Made by a program: the position numbers and the translations under genes. Shown here one piece after another: positions 31,160 through 40,639 of a DNA stretch of 64,000 nucleotides; positions within the stretch are counted from its first letter, which is position 1; every line of letters begins with the position of its first letter. The notes beneath the pieces were generated by a model. It saw only the letters and a program-made list of their open reading frames with translations. It did not search any database and had not been told where the DNA came from. Origin of the DNA: Polyangiales bacterium (GTDB lineage: Bacteria; Myxococcota_A; Polyangia; Polyangiales; Houyiibacteriaceae); NCBI GenBank assembly GCA_045106895.1, contig JBGCFM010000039.1:32001-96000 (forward strand), written 5' to 3'.

Positions 31160-31525
31160 ATGAACCGATGCTCAAAGTGCTCTTGCTTCATTCCAGCCCA
31201 GGCGAACGCTTGCCCGGAATGTGATCTCGTCGTCGTCTCTCCCATGCGAAGAGCAGCCAAGGGCATCGCGATGCTCGGCGCCAGCGTCGCAACGGCGATG
31301 ACTCTGATGGCTTGCTACGGCGTTCCCTACGAGCCCATTGAGTGCAATGACGTCGACGGGGACGGATACTGTCCACCGGCAGACTGCGATGACTCCGATT
31401 TTGAGCGTCGACCCGGCGCCATCGACACTCTCGGCGACGGAGTCGACCAGAACTGCGACGGTGTGGACGGAGTGATGAGCGTCATGGACGGTGGCGCCGA
31501 CTCCGGTGCCGACGCCGGAATGTAG
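31160..31525 (+). CDS. putative splicease substrate: Zn-ribbon leader + lipobox LMAC-YG + MopE-like DxDGDG/DCDD/NCDG motif
   Basis: CSKC..CPEC, hydrophobic stretch, TLMACYG, DVDGDGY..DCDD.D..PGA..DGVDQNCDG. Ends 12 bp before the radical SAM gene. Alternative ATG at 31151. Confidence 0.8.
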   Translation: MNRCSKCSCFIPAQANACPECDLVVVSPMRRAAKGIAMLGASVATAMTLMACYGVPYEPIECNDVDGDGYCPPADCDDSDFERRPGAIDTLGDGVDQNCDGVDGVMSVMDGGADSGADAGM

Positions 31526-31537
31526 ACTCCCCAGTCC

Positions 31538-32785
31538 ATGAGTGGAGCCAAGAGCCGTCGCCTCGACGTGATGAAGGAGAGCTTCCACCCGGCATATGTC
31601 GTGTGGGAGCTAACCCTACGCTGCGACCACGCCTGCAAGCACTGCGGCTCGCGCGCGAATGAGGCACGGCCCGACGAGCTCCCCACCGAAGAGGCTCTCG
31701 ATGTTTGCCAACAGCTCGCCGACGCCGGCGCACGTGAAGTCGTCCTCATCGGCGGCGAAGCATATCTTCACGACGGCTTCTACGCGATCGCCCGGAGGCT
31801 CCGCGCCTTGGGCGTTCGCGTCGGCGTGACCTCCGGCGGACTCGGCATCGACGAAGAGCGGGCGCAGGCGATGGCCGAGGCCGGCGTGATGCAATGCAGC
31901 ATCAGCGTGGATGGCGTCGCCGGGAGCCACGACCGTATCCGTGCAAAGAGCGGAAGCCACCGGTCCGCCCTCTCCGCGTTGCACCACCTGAAGTCCGCGG
32001 GCATTCGCACGGCGAGCAATATCAACCTGAACCGGGTCAATGTCGCCGATCTTGAGGCGCTCTACCCGCTGCTGCGTGATGCGGGCGTCACAGCGTGGCA
32101 GGTGCAGCTTACGGCGGCGCTCGGGCGCGCGGCGGACCGGCCGCAAATGCTGCTCCAACCTTATGAGCTCATCGCGTTGATGCCGCGCATCGCAAACCTC
32201 AAGAGACGCGCGCACGAAGACGGCATGCTGCTTATGCTGGGCAACAACCTTGGCTACTTTGGCCCCGACGAGGCGACGTTGCGCTCTTTGAAACCCGGCG
32301 CGGAAGACCATTGGCAAGGATGCCAAGCAGGGCGCTTCGTCATGGGCGTCGAATCGGACGGGGGGGTCAAGGGCTGCCCGTCGCTGCAAAGCGCTCACTA
32401 CATCGGCGGTCACCTTCGAAAGCGTTCACTCAAAGACATCTGGGATGACGCACCGCAGCTGGCCTTTGCTCGAGCGCGAACCCGTGAAGACCTATGGGGA
32501 TACTGCGCGGAGTGCGCGTACGGCGACACGTGCCTCGGCGGGTGCTCGTTCACGGCGCACGCGCTCTTCGGCAAACCCGGAAACAACCCCTACTGTGTTC
32601 ACCGCGCCCGTATGTTCAACAAGCGCGGACTGAAAGAGCGTTTGGTGGCCGGCGAGGCTGCCAAAGGCCTCCCCTTTGATAACGGCCGCTTCGTCATCGA
32701 AGAGGTCGCCTTCGATGCGCCGGAGGACACGCTCGCCCTGGACGGCCTCGTGAGAATCGGACGCAAGCCCGCGCGCACTCACTGA
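31538..32785 (+). CDS. radical SAM/SPASM maturase, PlpX/PcpX-like splicease family
   Basis: VWELTLRCDHACKHCGSRA, IGGEAYL, WQVQLT..GRAAD...LLQPYEL, GNNLGYFGP, WQGCQAG..GVESDG.VKGCPSL, LWGYC..C....C.GGC..TAH..FG..GNNPYC.HRA, GLPFDNG.F. These motifs match what I recall of cyanobacterial PlpX. Confidence 0.9.
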   Translation: MSGAKSRRLDVMKESFHPAYVVWELTLRCDHACKHCGSRANEARPDELPTEEALDVCQQLADAGAREVVLIGGEAYLHDGFYAIARRLRALGVRVGVTSGGLGIDEERAQAMAEAGVMQCSISVDGVAGSHDRIRAKSGSHRSALSALHHLKSAGIRTASNINLNRVNVADLEALYPLLRDAGVTAWQVQLTAALGRAADRPQMLLQPYELIALMPRIANLKRRAHEDGMLLMLGNNLGYFGPDEATLRSLKPGAEDHWQGCQAGRFVMGVESDGGVKGCPSLQSAHYIGGHLRKRSLKDIWDDAPQLAFARARTREDLWGYCAECAYGDTCLGGCSFTAHALFGKPGNNPYCVHRARMFNKRGLKERLVAGEAAKGLPFDNGRFVIEEVAFDAPEDTLALDGLVRIGRKPARTH

Positions 32786-32854
32786 GGGGCAGGGAGGATC
32801 CAGAGCTTCGCGGCGAACCGGCGCGGAGGAATGCAGGCAGGCCCTAGCGTTGTT

Positions 32855-32873
32855 GATAATGATTTTCACAATC
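32855..32873. promoter_or_regulatory. Fur-box-like site
   Basis: GATAATGATTTTCACAATC matches 15/19 of GATAATGATAATCATTATC; an AT-rich island in GC-rich DNA. Confidence 0.7.
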
Positions 32874-32997
32874 ATCAGCTGGCGGGTTCGCGACAGCTTT
32901 GCGCGGCCTAAATTGAGTAGTTCACGCGCGCCGCCAACGAGTGAATCCCTGTTAGTCTGCCGGTGGTGCTTCGAAGACGGCCCAGCAGGACTCTCGG

Positions 32998-34779
32998 GTG
33001 AGTTCGAGTCACGACGAGCGAACCCGGGTGGACCGGCCAAGTTCCAGGAGCAGCTCCGGCGCTTCCTCGCCGAGCTCGGCCCGCGCTCGAACAAAGTTCG
33101 CCGACAAGACCATGCACGTCGATGGCCACGGCCTGACGCTGGGTGATGTCATCGGCGAAGGCGGCATGGCCGTGGTCCACCGCGGCGAGCAGAAGTCCCT
33201 CCGGCGGGAGGTCGCCATCAAGACCATCGTGGAGCCGGAGGAGCGGAACAACCTGCTCCGCGAGGCGTACGTCACGGCGGTCTTAGAGCACCCCAACATC
33301 GTCCCCATTCACGAGCTTGTCTTCGACGCGACGGGCCGCCCGATGCTCGTCCTCAAGCGCATCGAAGGCGAGTCTTGGCTTGAGCAGATGAAGCAGGAGT
33401 ACCGCATCGAACCCGATGACGGTCCGGACTTCATCGAGTGGAATATTCGTATCTCCATTCGCGTATCCCGCGCGCTCTCCTTTGCTCATACCCGCGGCAT
33501 CGCCCACCTCGACGTGAAGCCTTCCAACGTCATGGTTGGCGCCTTCGGCGAGGTGTACCTGCTCGACTGGGGACTGGCAGGCTCCTTCGATCCCAACGAA
33601 CACTTCTTGCCCTCGATACCAGACGGTCAGCGCGCCGGGACGCCGGGGTACATGGCCCCGGAGCAGTGGCGCGGGAAGGCCGCAGAGGTCGGCCCCTGGA
33701 CGGACGTCTACCTCTTGGCGGCGAGTCTCTACCACGCGCTCTCGGGCGCCCCACCGTGGACGCGCGTCGGCAAGAAACGAGAGGCGCAGACCGGCGAGCG
33801 CAAGCTTCCACCATCGCTGCTCGAGATACTCAATCGCGCCATGAGACCCGACCCAACGGACCGAATCCCGAGCGCCGCTTCGTTTCGCCAAGAGCTCGAA
33901 AGCTACCTTCGGCAGCGCGGTTCCATTCAACTGGGGCACCGCGCGGCGGAGCTCGCCCGAGACGCCGTGCTGCAACGTGGCAAAGGAAAGCTGGACTCCG
34001 CGGAGTATTCATCGGTGGAAGCGGCGGCGACATTCAGCGCAGCACTCTCCCAGTGGCCTGGAAACGAAGCGGCGATGCGAGGCCAGCTGCGACTCGCACG
34101 TTCCCGCATCGACGACGCCCTCAGCCGCGACCAGCCTGGCGTCGCGGCGCGTATCCTTGCTGCCATCGTCGACCCACCTGCCGACTTACGGAAACGTGTG
34201 GAGCAGGCCGTCGCACTCGCAGAACACGACGCGTCCGAAGTGCGTTCCCTTCGCCATGACCAGGATCATGGCGTCGGCATGGACCTGCGCATCCTGGTCA
34301 TGGCGCTCTGTGGACCACTCTGGATCGGAGGCTGGGTCATCGGCGCCATCACGGAGAACGTCTTTGCGTCCTTGGTGCTCCTCGTTGGCGGAACCTTCGC
34401 GTGGAGCGCCGGCCTCTGGGCCGTCGGTGGAGAGCTATTGTCGAACCGTCTCAACCGAGTCGTCGTCTTCGACATCTTCTGCACATTGTGCGCGTTCATC
34501 GGACTGACGAGCATTGCCTATGTACGCGGTGACTCCTTGCTCTCACTTGCCCCTGCGTTTCTCATCGTCCACGCCTGCAGTACGGCAATGGTGGCCGTAG
34601 TCTTCGACATGCGCCTCGCACTCTTGGCGGCGGCGTGGGCGTTACTCTTCCCCCTGTCCTTGTTGTGGCCCGACCTTGGCTTGTGGATCATCGTGCTCGG
34701 CAACACGGCGATGGTCCTCGGATCGATGTGGGTCAACTACCGCGTGCGCCAGGCGGCAAAGGCCGCGGCGAAGCAGTGA
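32998..34779 (+). CDS. Ser/Thr protein kinase with C-terminal multi-TM domain
   Basis: IGEGGMAVV, VAIK, HPNIVPIH, HLDVKPSNV, DWGLA, GTPGYMAPEQ, DVY; about 6 C-terminal TMs. Confidence 0.92.
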   Translation: MSSSHDERTRVDRPSSRSSSGASSPSSARARTKFADKTMHVDGHGLTLGDVIGEGGMAVVHRGEQKSLRREVAIKTIVEPEERNNLLREAYVTAVLEHPNIVPIHELVFDATGRPMLVLKRIEGESWLEQMKQEYRIEPDDGPDFIEWNIRISIRVSRALSFAHTRGIAHLDVKPSNVMVGAFGEVYLLDWGLAGSFDPNEHFLPSIPDGQRAGTPGYMAPEQWRGKAAEVGPWTDVYLLAASLYHALSGAPPWTRVGKKREAQTGERKLPPSLLEILNRAMRPDPTDRIPSAASFRQELESYLRQRGSIQLGHRAAELARDAVLQRGKGKLDSAEYSSVEAAATFSAALSQWPGNEAAMRGQLRLARSRIDDALSRDQPGVAARILAAIVDPPADLRKRVEQAVALAEHDASEVRSLRHDQDHGVGMDLRILVMALCGPLWIGGWVIGAITENVFASLVLLVGGTFAWSAGLWAVGGELLSNRLNRVVVFDIFCTLCAFIGLTSIAYVRGDSLLSLAPAFLIVHACSTAMVAVVFDMRLALLAAAWALLFPLSLLWPDLGLWIIVLGNTAMVLGSMWVNYRVRQAAKAAAKQ

Positions 34780-34801
34780 GGTACAGCGCGCCGAGAGAAA
34801 A

Positions 34802-35551
34802 TCAGAGCGCGGAAAATGCGCTGGCGGGGAGGACCGTGGAGGGCCCCGGTCCCATGGGGTTGAAGTACACGGCGTCGATCTTCTGTTTCGCGACGTGCTG
34901 CTTCAGCTCTTCCGGCGTCGCGATGACTTGCTCGATCTGCGCGACAAGCGCTTCGTCAAGAGCGCCCGTAAAGGCGTCGTAGGCATCCGGTGTCACGCAA
35001 AGAACGCCCGGCTGATCGAAGCCTCCATATCCGGGTTTGCTGATCATTCGTCCGTCGGCGAAGAAAGGAAGGTAGTAGCGCGGGTGCGTCCGTAGACGCT
35101 CGAGCATCGTCGCCGAGAACACACCGTCTGTGACGTATGGGAGACCCCGCTCGACGGCGATTCCCGTGGCCCACTCCGTGAGCCCGCCGTAGGCGTCTGG
35201 TGTGAAGCGCAGCTCGTCTTCTGTGTATCCGCCGGGGTTGATGCGGACGGCAGCGCTGTCTTTCATCAGCGCACCGAAGAGCTCCGTGCCAGGGATGCCG
35301 CTGACGTACGTTCCCAGACGCGTACCACTTTGGGACGCATGCGTGGCCGTCGCCGCCTCCGTGAAGACCCAGAGCTCTCCTTCGGGGACCACGTGCTGTC
35401 CATCGAAGCAGACTTTGCGTCCTTCCGTGGCTTTGTCGAAGAGCCACGCCGGCGCGAGCCACTCGGTGTGCTCCATGAACGCGCGCATCACGACGGGCTC
35501 AGCGCACTCCCCGCGGTCAAAGGCCAGGCGAGCGGCGCGTGGCCGGGACAT
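34802..35551 (-). CDS. hypothetical protein, possibly a tandem SseB-like fold
   Basis: Good codon bias; two similar halves ending in AVRINPG and AVYFNPMG, plus LWVFT. Confidence 0.65.
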   Translation of the reverse strand: MSRPRAARLAFDRGECAEPVVMRAFMEHTEWLAPAWLFDKATEGRKVCFDGQHVVPEGELWVFTEAATATHASQSGTRLGTYVSGIPGTELFGALMKDSAAVRINPGGYTEDELRFTPDAYGGLTEWATGIAVERGLPYVTDGVFSATMLERLRTHPRYYLPFFADGRMISKPGYGGFDQPGVLCVTPDAYDAFTGALDEALVAQIEQVIATPEELKQHVAKQKIDAVYFNPMGPGPSTVLPASAFSAL

Positions 35552-35576
35552 TGGAGGCGGGTCGTACACGGTTCGG

Positions 35577-37130
35577 CTACTTTAGACCAAGGACGCGGTC
35601 GAGTAGGCCGCGATCTCCCTGAATCGCCGTTCTTTGCGAATAAAAGTCGAGGCCGCGGAGCCCGCCAAGCTCTTCACCACCGCCCGCGCGGCCTGGGCCA
35701 CCGTGCACGCACGAGGGCAAAACCACGCCTGGCCCGGTCGCTTGGCCCTGTACTTTCTTGCTTCCGACGAGCACGCGGCCGCTCCACGGGGCAATTCCCA
35801 ATAGCGCCTCGCCCAGGAAATTGCGATCGTCGGTGTAGACAGATGCCACGAGACCGCCCTCTCCGCGCGCGACGAGGGCCGCCGCGTCCTGTGCGTCCGT
35901 GTACGGAAGAAGCGTCGATACGGGCCCGAACACCTCGTGCGCGTGAACCGTGGCGCACTCATGAGGCGCGTCGCAGGCGAGGAGCATCGGCGCGAAGAAG
36001 AAGCCTTTTCCTTCGGGCACGCCGACGGGCTTGGCGCTCGAGCGCCACACCTCTCGGCATCCATCCGAGAGGAGGCGGTCGACGCCGGCGTTAACGTCGT
36101 CGAGCTGCTGCTTTGTGGCCAAGGGCCCCATTCGAACACCTTCGGCGTCAGGAGCACCGAACTGCGTGCGTCCCATCTCTTCACCGAGGGCCGTGGCCAC
36201 GGCGTCGAGCTGCGCTTCGGGCACCATGATGCGGCGCGTGGCGGTGCACTTCTGACCCGTCTTCTGAGTGATCTCCTTGGCCGTGTCCGAGATGAACATG
36301 TGCCACGCTTCGCTGCCGACTTCGACGTCGGTTCCCAGGACCGTCGCGTTGAGGCTGTCCGCTTCAACGTTGACGCGCACCGAGTTTGCGATGACGGCCT
36401 TCATCCCGCGGAGGTAAGCGCCAGTGTCGCCGCTGCCGGTGAAGGCGAGGACATCTTGAGGGCCGACGTGTTCGAGGAGGTCACCGGCGCTGCCGCAAAG
36501 GAACTGAAGCGCGCCCTTGGGAAGAATGTCCGCCTCAACGATCTTCTCCATGCATCGATGCGCAAGGAGCGCCGTCGAGGTGCCGGGCTTGGTCACGACG
36601 GGCATGCCAGCGAGGAGAGCGACGGCGGCTTTCTCGAATAAGCCCCAGGCTGGAAAGTTGAACGCGTTGATGTGAATCGCCACACCGCGTCGAGCCGACT
36701 TGATGTGGTGGCCCCAAAAGCGCGCGCCGCTGGTAAGAGCTTCGCCCTCTCCCTCGACGAGGTAGGTCCTATCGCCGAGCTTCTTCCCGAGGGAGGCGTA
36801 GTAGCTGAGCGTCCCGGTAGCCCCGTCGATATCGAACTTGGCGTCGCCGCGCGGGGTTCCTCCGTTGATCATCGACGCTTCGATGAGCTCTTCCCGGGCG
36901 TTGTAGAGCGCCTTGCTCATTCCCTTGAGGAGCGCCCCTCGTTCGGCGAAGCTCATCGCCCGCAACGCAGGGCCGCCGACGTCGCGGCCGTGCTTGAGCA
37001 TCGCGGCGCGGTCGATGCCGGTGGTGGAGGCGGTAGCCACGGTCTCTTCCGTGGTGGGGTTAACGAGGACTCCGCCCTCCCCTTCGCCGTCGGTCCAGGA
37101 ATCAAGAACGTAGCTCTTTAGGCGTGTCAT
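35577..37130 (-). CDS. aldehyde dehydrogenase, PaaZ-N/BoxD (3,4-dehydroadipyl-CoA semialdehyde DH) type
   Basis: GGPALRAMSFAERG, DIDGA.GTL..YA, HINAFNFPAWG..EKAA, FTGS, VEADSLN, TGQKCTA, EVFGP, HGGPGRAGGGEELGG. No MaoC domain. Confidence 0.9.
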   Translation of the reverse strand: MTRLKSYVLDSWTDGEGEGGVLVNPTTEETVATASTTGIDRAAMLKHGRDVGGPALRAMSFAERGALLKGMSKALYNAREELIEASMINGGTPRGDAKFDIDGATGTLSYYASLGKKLGDRTYLVEGEGEALTSGARFWGHHIKSARRGVAIHINAFNFPAWGLFEKAAVALLAGMPVVTKPGTSTALLAHRCMEKIVEADILPKGALQFLCGSAGDLLEHVGPQDVLAFTGSGDTGAYLRGMKAVIANSVRVNVEADSLNATVLGTDVEVGSEAWHMFISDTAKEITQKTGQKCTATRRIMVPEAQLDAVATALGEEMGRTQFGAPDAEGVRMGPLATKQQLDDVNAGVDRLLSDGCREVWRSSAKPVGVPEGKGFFFAPMLLACDAPHECATVHAHEVFGPVSTLLPYTDAQDAAALVARGEGGLVASVYTDDRNFLGEALLGIAPWSGRVLVGSKKVQGQATGPGVVLPSCVHGGPGRAGGGEELGGLRGLDFYSQRTAIQGDRGLLDRVLGLK

Positions 37131-37260
37131 GGGGCGCAACGTCGAACGAAAGCCCGGCGGGTGCCATGAGAGGCCTCACCCTGCTGGGCTCTTGCACCAC
37201 AAAGAGCACCGCAGAAGACGAAACCGGTGACAGTCTGCGCAGGACGCGGTAGATCGCAGA

Positions 37261-38970
37261 ATGGCTATTTCCCCTGCGCTCAAAGAGCGTGTCCTGGCCT
37301 GGCAGGCCGAAGATCCCGATGCGATCACCCGCGCTGAGCTCCAAGAGCTCCTGGATGCGGAAAGCGACGAAGTGCTGGAAGAGCGCTTCTCCGGAATGCT
37401 CCAGTTTGGCACCGCCGGGCTGCGCGGGCTCCTGGGCGCTGGCCCCCAGCGAATGAACCGATGTGTCGTGCAGCGCGCCACAGCCGGCTTTTGTCGTTAC
37501 CTAATCAAGACGGTCCCCGACGCCAAGGAGCGCGGAATCTGCATCGGCTACGACGCGCGCCGCATGAGCCGCGAGTTCGCCGAAGATGTCGCCAATGTGG
37601 TGGCCGGACATGGACTCGTCGCCCACCTCTTCGAAGAGCAGACCCCGACGCCCCTCGTCGGCTTCGCTGTACTCGATCTAAACGCCGCAGGCGGCGTTGT
37701 GATCACGGCGAGCCACAACCCGCCGGACTACAACGGCTACAAGGTGTTCTGGGGCAACGGCGCACAGATCATCACGCCACACGACGCGGGCATCGCCGCC
37801 GAGATCGAGGCCATCGACACCCTCGCATCCATCGAGCAGGCGCCAAAGAGCGAGCTCATCCGAGCCGTGTCACCCGACGTGAAAGAACGCTACCTGACAG
37901 GCGTGCAGAAAGCCCAGCGTCACCCAGAGCTTCCTCGTGACCTGACCATCGCCTACACCGCAATGCACGGAGTCGGCGGCGCCGGCATCAAAGAGACCTT
38001 CGCCCGAGCCGGGTTCACAAAACTCTACGACGTGCCTTCCCAGGCGGAGCCCGACGGAATGTTCCCCACCGTTGCCTTTCCGAATCCGGAAGAAGACGGC
38101 GCGATGGACCTCGTCCTGGAGCTCGCCGCCAAGCACAACGCGGACCTTGTCCTGGCGAACGATCCCGACGCGGACCGCTTGGCCGCGAGCGTCCTCCACG
38201 ACGGCAAGTACGTGGTGTTGACCGGCAACGAAATCGGATGCCTCTTGTCGCACTACTTGCTGGAAAACAGCACCGGGGATGACCGCCTCGTGCTCTGCTC
38301 CGTCGTCAGCTCACCCATGCTGCTCTCCATCGGCAAAGCGCACAACGTCCGCGCCGAGCAGACCTTGACGGGCCACAAGTGGGTCCAGAACCGTTCGCTT
38401 CAGCTGGAAGCGGAAGGTTACCGCTACATCTTCGGCTTCGAGGAAGCGCTGGGGTACGGCATCGACACCCTCGTCCGAGACAAGGACGGCATCAGCGCCG
38501 CGCTCTGCCTCGCCGACATGGCGGTGTATTGCAAAAGCCAGGGCAAGACCCTCGTCGATGAGCTCGAGGTGATGGCACGCCGTTACGGCCTGTTCTTGTC
38601 CGACCAGATCTCCATCGTTCTTCCCGGCGCAGACGGCCGGGCGCAGATCGAAGGTCGCATGCAGGCGGCACGAGAAACCCCGCCGAAGAGTCTGGGTGGC
38701 AAAGCCGTCACCGCAACGCAGGACTTCCAAACCGGCAAGCGCACGACAGCGGAGGGCGACGTCTCCGACCTGACTTTCCCGCCGGCGAACGTCGTTCTCT
38801 TCGAGCTCGAAGGGAATCACCGCGCCATGCTGCGGCCGAGCGGTACCGAACCGAAGATCAAGCACTACATCGACGTGTGCATCGAGATTCAGGACGGCGA
38901 ATCCATCGGCGACGCACGAGCACGGGGCGAAGCCCTGGTCGCGGCCATCGCTGCAGACTTCGCGGTCTAG
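37261..38970 (+). CDS. phosphoglucomutase/phosphomannomutase
   Basis: FGTAGLRG, TASHNP, DPDADR, GFEEALGY, DKDG, RPSGTEPKIK. Confidence 0.95.
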   Translation: MAISPALKERVLAWQAEDPDAITRAELQELLDAESDEVLEERFSGMLQFGTAGLRGLLGAGPQRMNRCVVQRATAGFCRYLIKTVPDAKERGICIGYDARRMSREFAEDVANVVAGHGLVAHLFEEQTPTPLVGFAVLDLNAAGGVVITASHNPPDYNGYKVFWGNGAQIITPHDAGIAAEIEAIDTLASIEQAPKSELIRAVSPDVKERYLTGVQKAQRHPELPRDLTIAYTAMHGVGGAGIKETFARAGFTKLYDVPSQAEPDGMFPTVAFPNPEEDGAMDLVLELAAKHNADLVLANDPDADRLAASVLHDGKYVVLTGNEIGCLLSHYLLENSTGDDRLVLCSVVSSPMLLSIGKAHNVRAEQTLTGHKWVQNRSLQLEAEGYRYIFGFEEALGYGIDTLVRDKDGISAALCLADMAVYCKSQGKTLVDELEVMARRYGLFLSDQISIVLPGADGRAQIEGRMQAARETPPKSLGGKAVTATQDFQTGKRTTAEGDVSDLTFPPANVVLFELEGNHRAMLRPSGTEPKIKHYIDVCIEIQDGESIGDARARGEALVAAIAADFAV

Positions 38971-38996
38971 CGGCTAGCGACACGTCCCGTCGGGGC

Positions 38997-40598
38997 CTAT
39001 TGCTCCGTGTTGAAGGAGTCGATGTCTGGAACCTGAGCGCCACCCACGGCGACGGGTTCTAGGTCGTCTTCACCGCCGCGCGCGTACCAATAGTGCACGA
39101 CCTCCATGCTCGCCTCGGACCAGAGGTGCCAATGCCAGAACTCCATGTCGAATCGGAAGTCCCGCGAGTAGGGGATCGCGTCGATGACATGAAAGCGATG
39201 GAGAGAGATGATGCCTCGCTGCATCGGCGCGCCGGAGCGCACCTGCCCGTGATACGGCACACTAAAAAGTGATGGGTCAGTGAACGCGTAACCGTAGTAG
39301 TCCTCGGTTCCAGTCCCCGGAAAACTCGGAGCCCCCACCGGGTCTCCGTCGACGTAGATACGTTCGTCCCCCTCACCCCACCATGTCGTCGTCGGGTTAC
39401 CGATGGTGGCCGTGTTGCCGACGTACACGCCTTCGCCCTGGAGGTGAACCCACGGGAGGTCCTGACGGACGGCATCGAAACGTGGATGAGCGCGCCAGCC
39501 GGAGTGGAAGTAGCGAGTGCCTTCCTCAAAGGCACGAGCCTCATGTTCGACTCGCAAGGTCGGAATGACATCCAGCGCGCTCGCGCCCTCAAGTTCGATG
39601 ATCGCCTCCTGCGCGAAGGGCATCGGAAAGTATGCACTCAACCCGGCGCCATCGACCTCCGTCAACAGAGAGCGGTGAGCGTTCTGTCCAACGCCGCTGC
39701 CGAAGAAATCACTGAGCGGCGCGCGAACGGTCTCTTCGCCGTCAAAGGAGATCGAGAGCACGGCGGCTCTCAGCGCCTCTTCGCTCTCCCCAGCGGTGTC
39801 GACGTGAAGCGCGCGAATCACCTCGCCATTTGGGCTGGCCGCCACGACCAGAGGATTCGCTGCCGTTCCTTGGGATGTCTCGCCTGTGAGCTCACGCTCG
39901 ACTGTGAGTGCCGCACGAGCACGTTCGATGGCGACGGCGTTGTCGCGTAACGTGTCCTCGTCGAAGCTTGCCACAACGTCGTCATCATAGAGCCGGTAGC
40001 CGACGTGGTAGTAGAGCAGCCCCTCGTCTTCGCGGATCTCGGGCCGACGAACGAAGCCATCGTCGACGGTTACCATCACACTTTGCTGAAACGGAATCGG
40101 GAAGTAAAAGTTGTATCCGCGAGAGGCGACGTACGCAAAGGGGGCAGAGAACGGCTCCACTTCGCCTGAGAGAAAGTCCGCCATGTTTTCCTCGATGGTG
40201 GGCACGTCGCTCCCATCGAAGTAGATCCGCAAGGTCCCGCGTGGGTTCGCGGACCAAATTCGAACCAGAGCGCCCGAGCCAACGGTCTCCATAATGACGG
40301 CTTCGCGTCGGCCCTCTCGCTCGATCATTCGGCGAAAGTGGCCTTTGTCGACGTTGCTCCACCACTCACTCGCGCTCGGATCGGAACCGCCGGGCTGCTG
40401 GCTCGACTGCTGCAACGAGCGGTAGGGGTGCTGCTCCGCCTCAAGCCAGGGCTCGAGGGTGTGGAGCTCTTCGAGGAGCGACGCAAAGGCAAACGTGGGC
40501 TCTCGCGGAGGAGGCGCAACATCCTCGCAGGCGACGAAGAGAAAAGCGGCCAGCACGGCGTAAGTCGATAGGTGCACAGGACCTAACCTAATCGACAC
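38997..40598 (-). CDS. DUF2961 / GH172-like lipoprotein
   Basis: Lipobox FVAC; G.GA.VRIWSANP.G.LRIYFDG, N.YFPIPF, PL.DFFG, WWGEGDE.IYVDG, GTGTEDYYGYA. Start uncertain. Confidence 0.85.
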   Translation of the reverse strand: MSIRLGPVHLSTYAVLAAFLFVACEDVAPPPREPTFAFASLLEELHTLEPWLEAEQHPYRSLQQSSQQPGGSDPSASEWWSNVDKGHFRRMIEREGRREAVIMETVGSGALVRIWSANPRGTLRIYFDGSDVPTIEENMADFLSGEVEPFSAPFAYVASRGYNFYFPIPFQQSVMVTVDDGFVRRPEIREDEGLLYYHVGYRLYDDDVVASFDEDTLRDNAVAIERARAALTVERELTGETSQGTAANPLVVAASPNGEVIRALHVDTAGESEEALRAAVLSISFDGEETVRAPLSDFFGSGVGQNAHRSLLTEVDGAGLSAYFPMPFAQEAIIELEGASALDVIPTLRVEHEARAFEEGTRYFHSGWRAHPRFDAVRQDLPWVHLQGEGVYVGNTATIGNPTTTWWGEGDERIYVDGDPVGAPSFPGTGTEDYYGYAFTDPSLFSVPYHGQVRSGAPMQRGIISLHRFHVIDAIPYSRDFRFDMEFWHWHLWSEASMEVVHYWYARGGEDDLEPVAVGGAQVPDIDSFNTEQ

Positions 40599-40639
40599 GG
40601 ATGTGCCCCGCCAAAGGACCCAAGCAGGTGGGTTCTCGC

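Noticed and set aside
37151..37166. TGGCAC-containing GG-N10-GC motif upstream of the aldehyde dehydrogenase
   Set aside because: The -12 element is GGGC rather than TTGC; too weak in GC-rich DNA.
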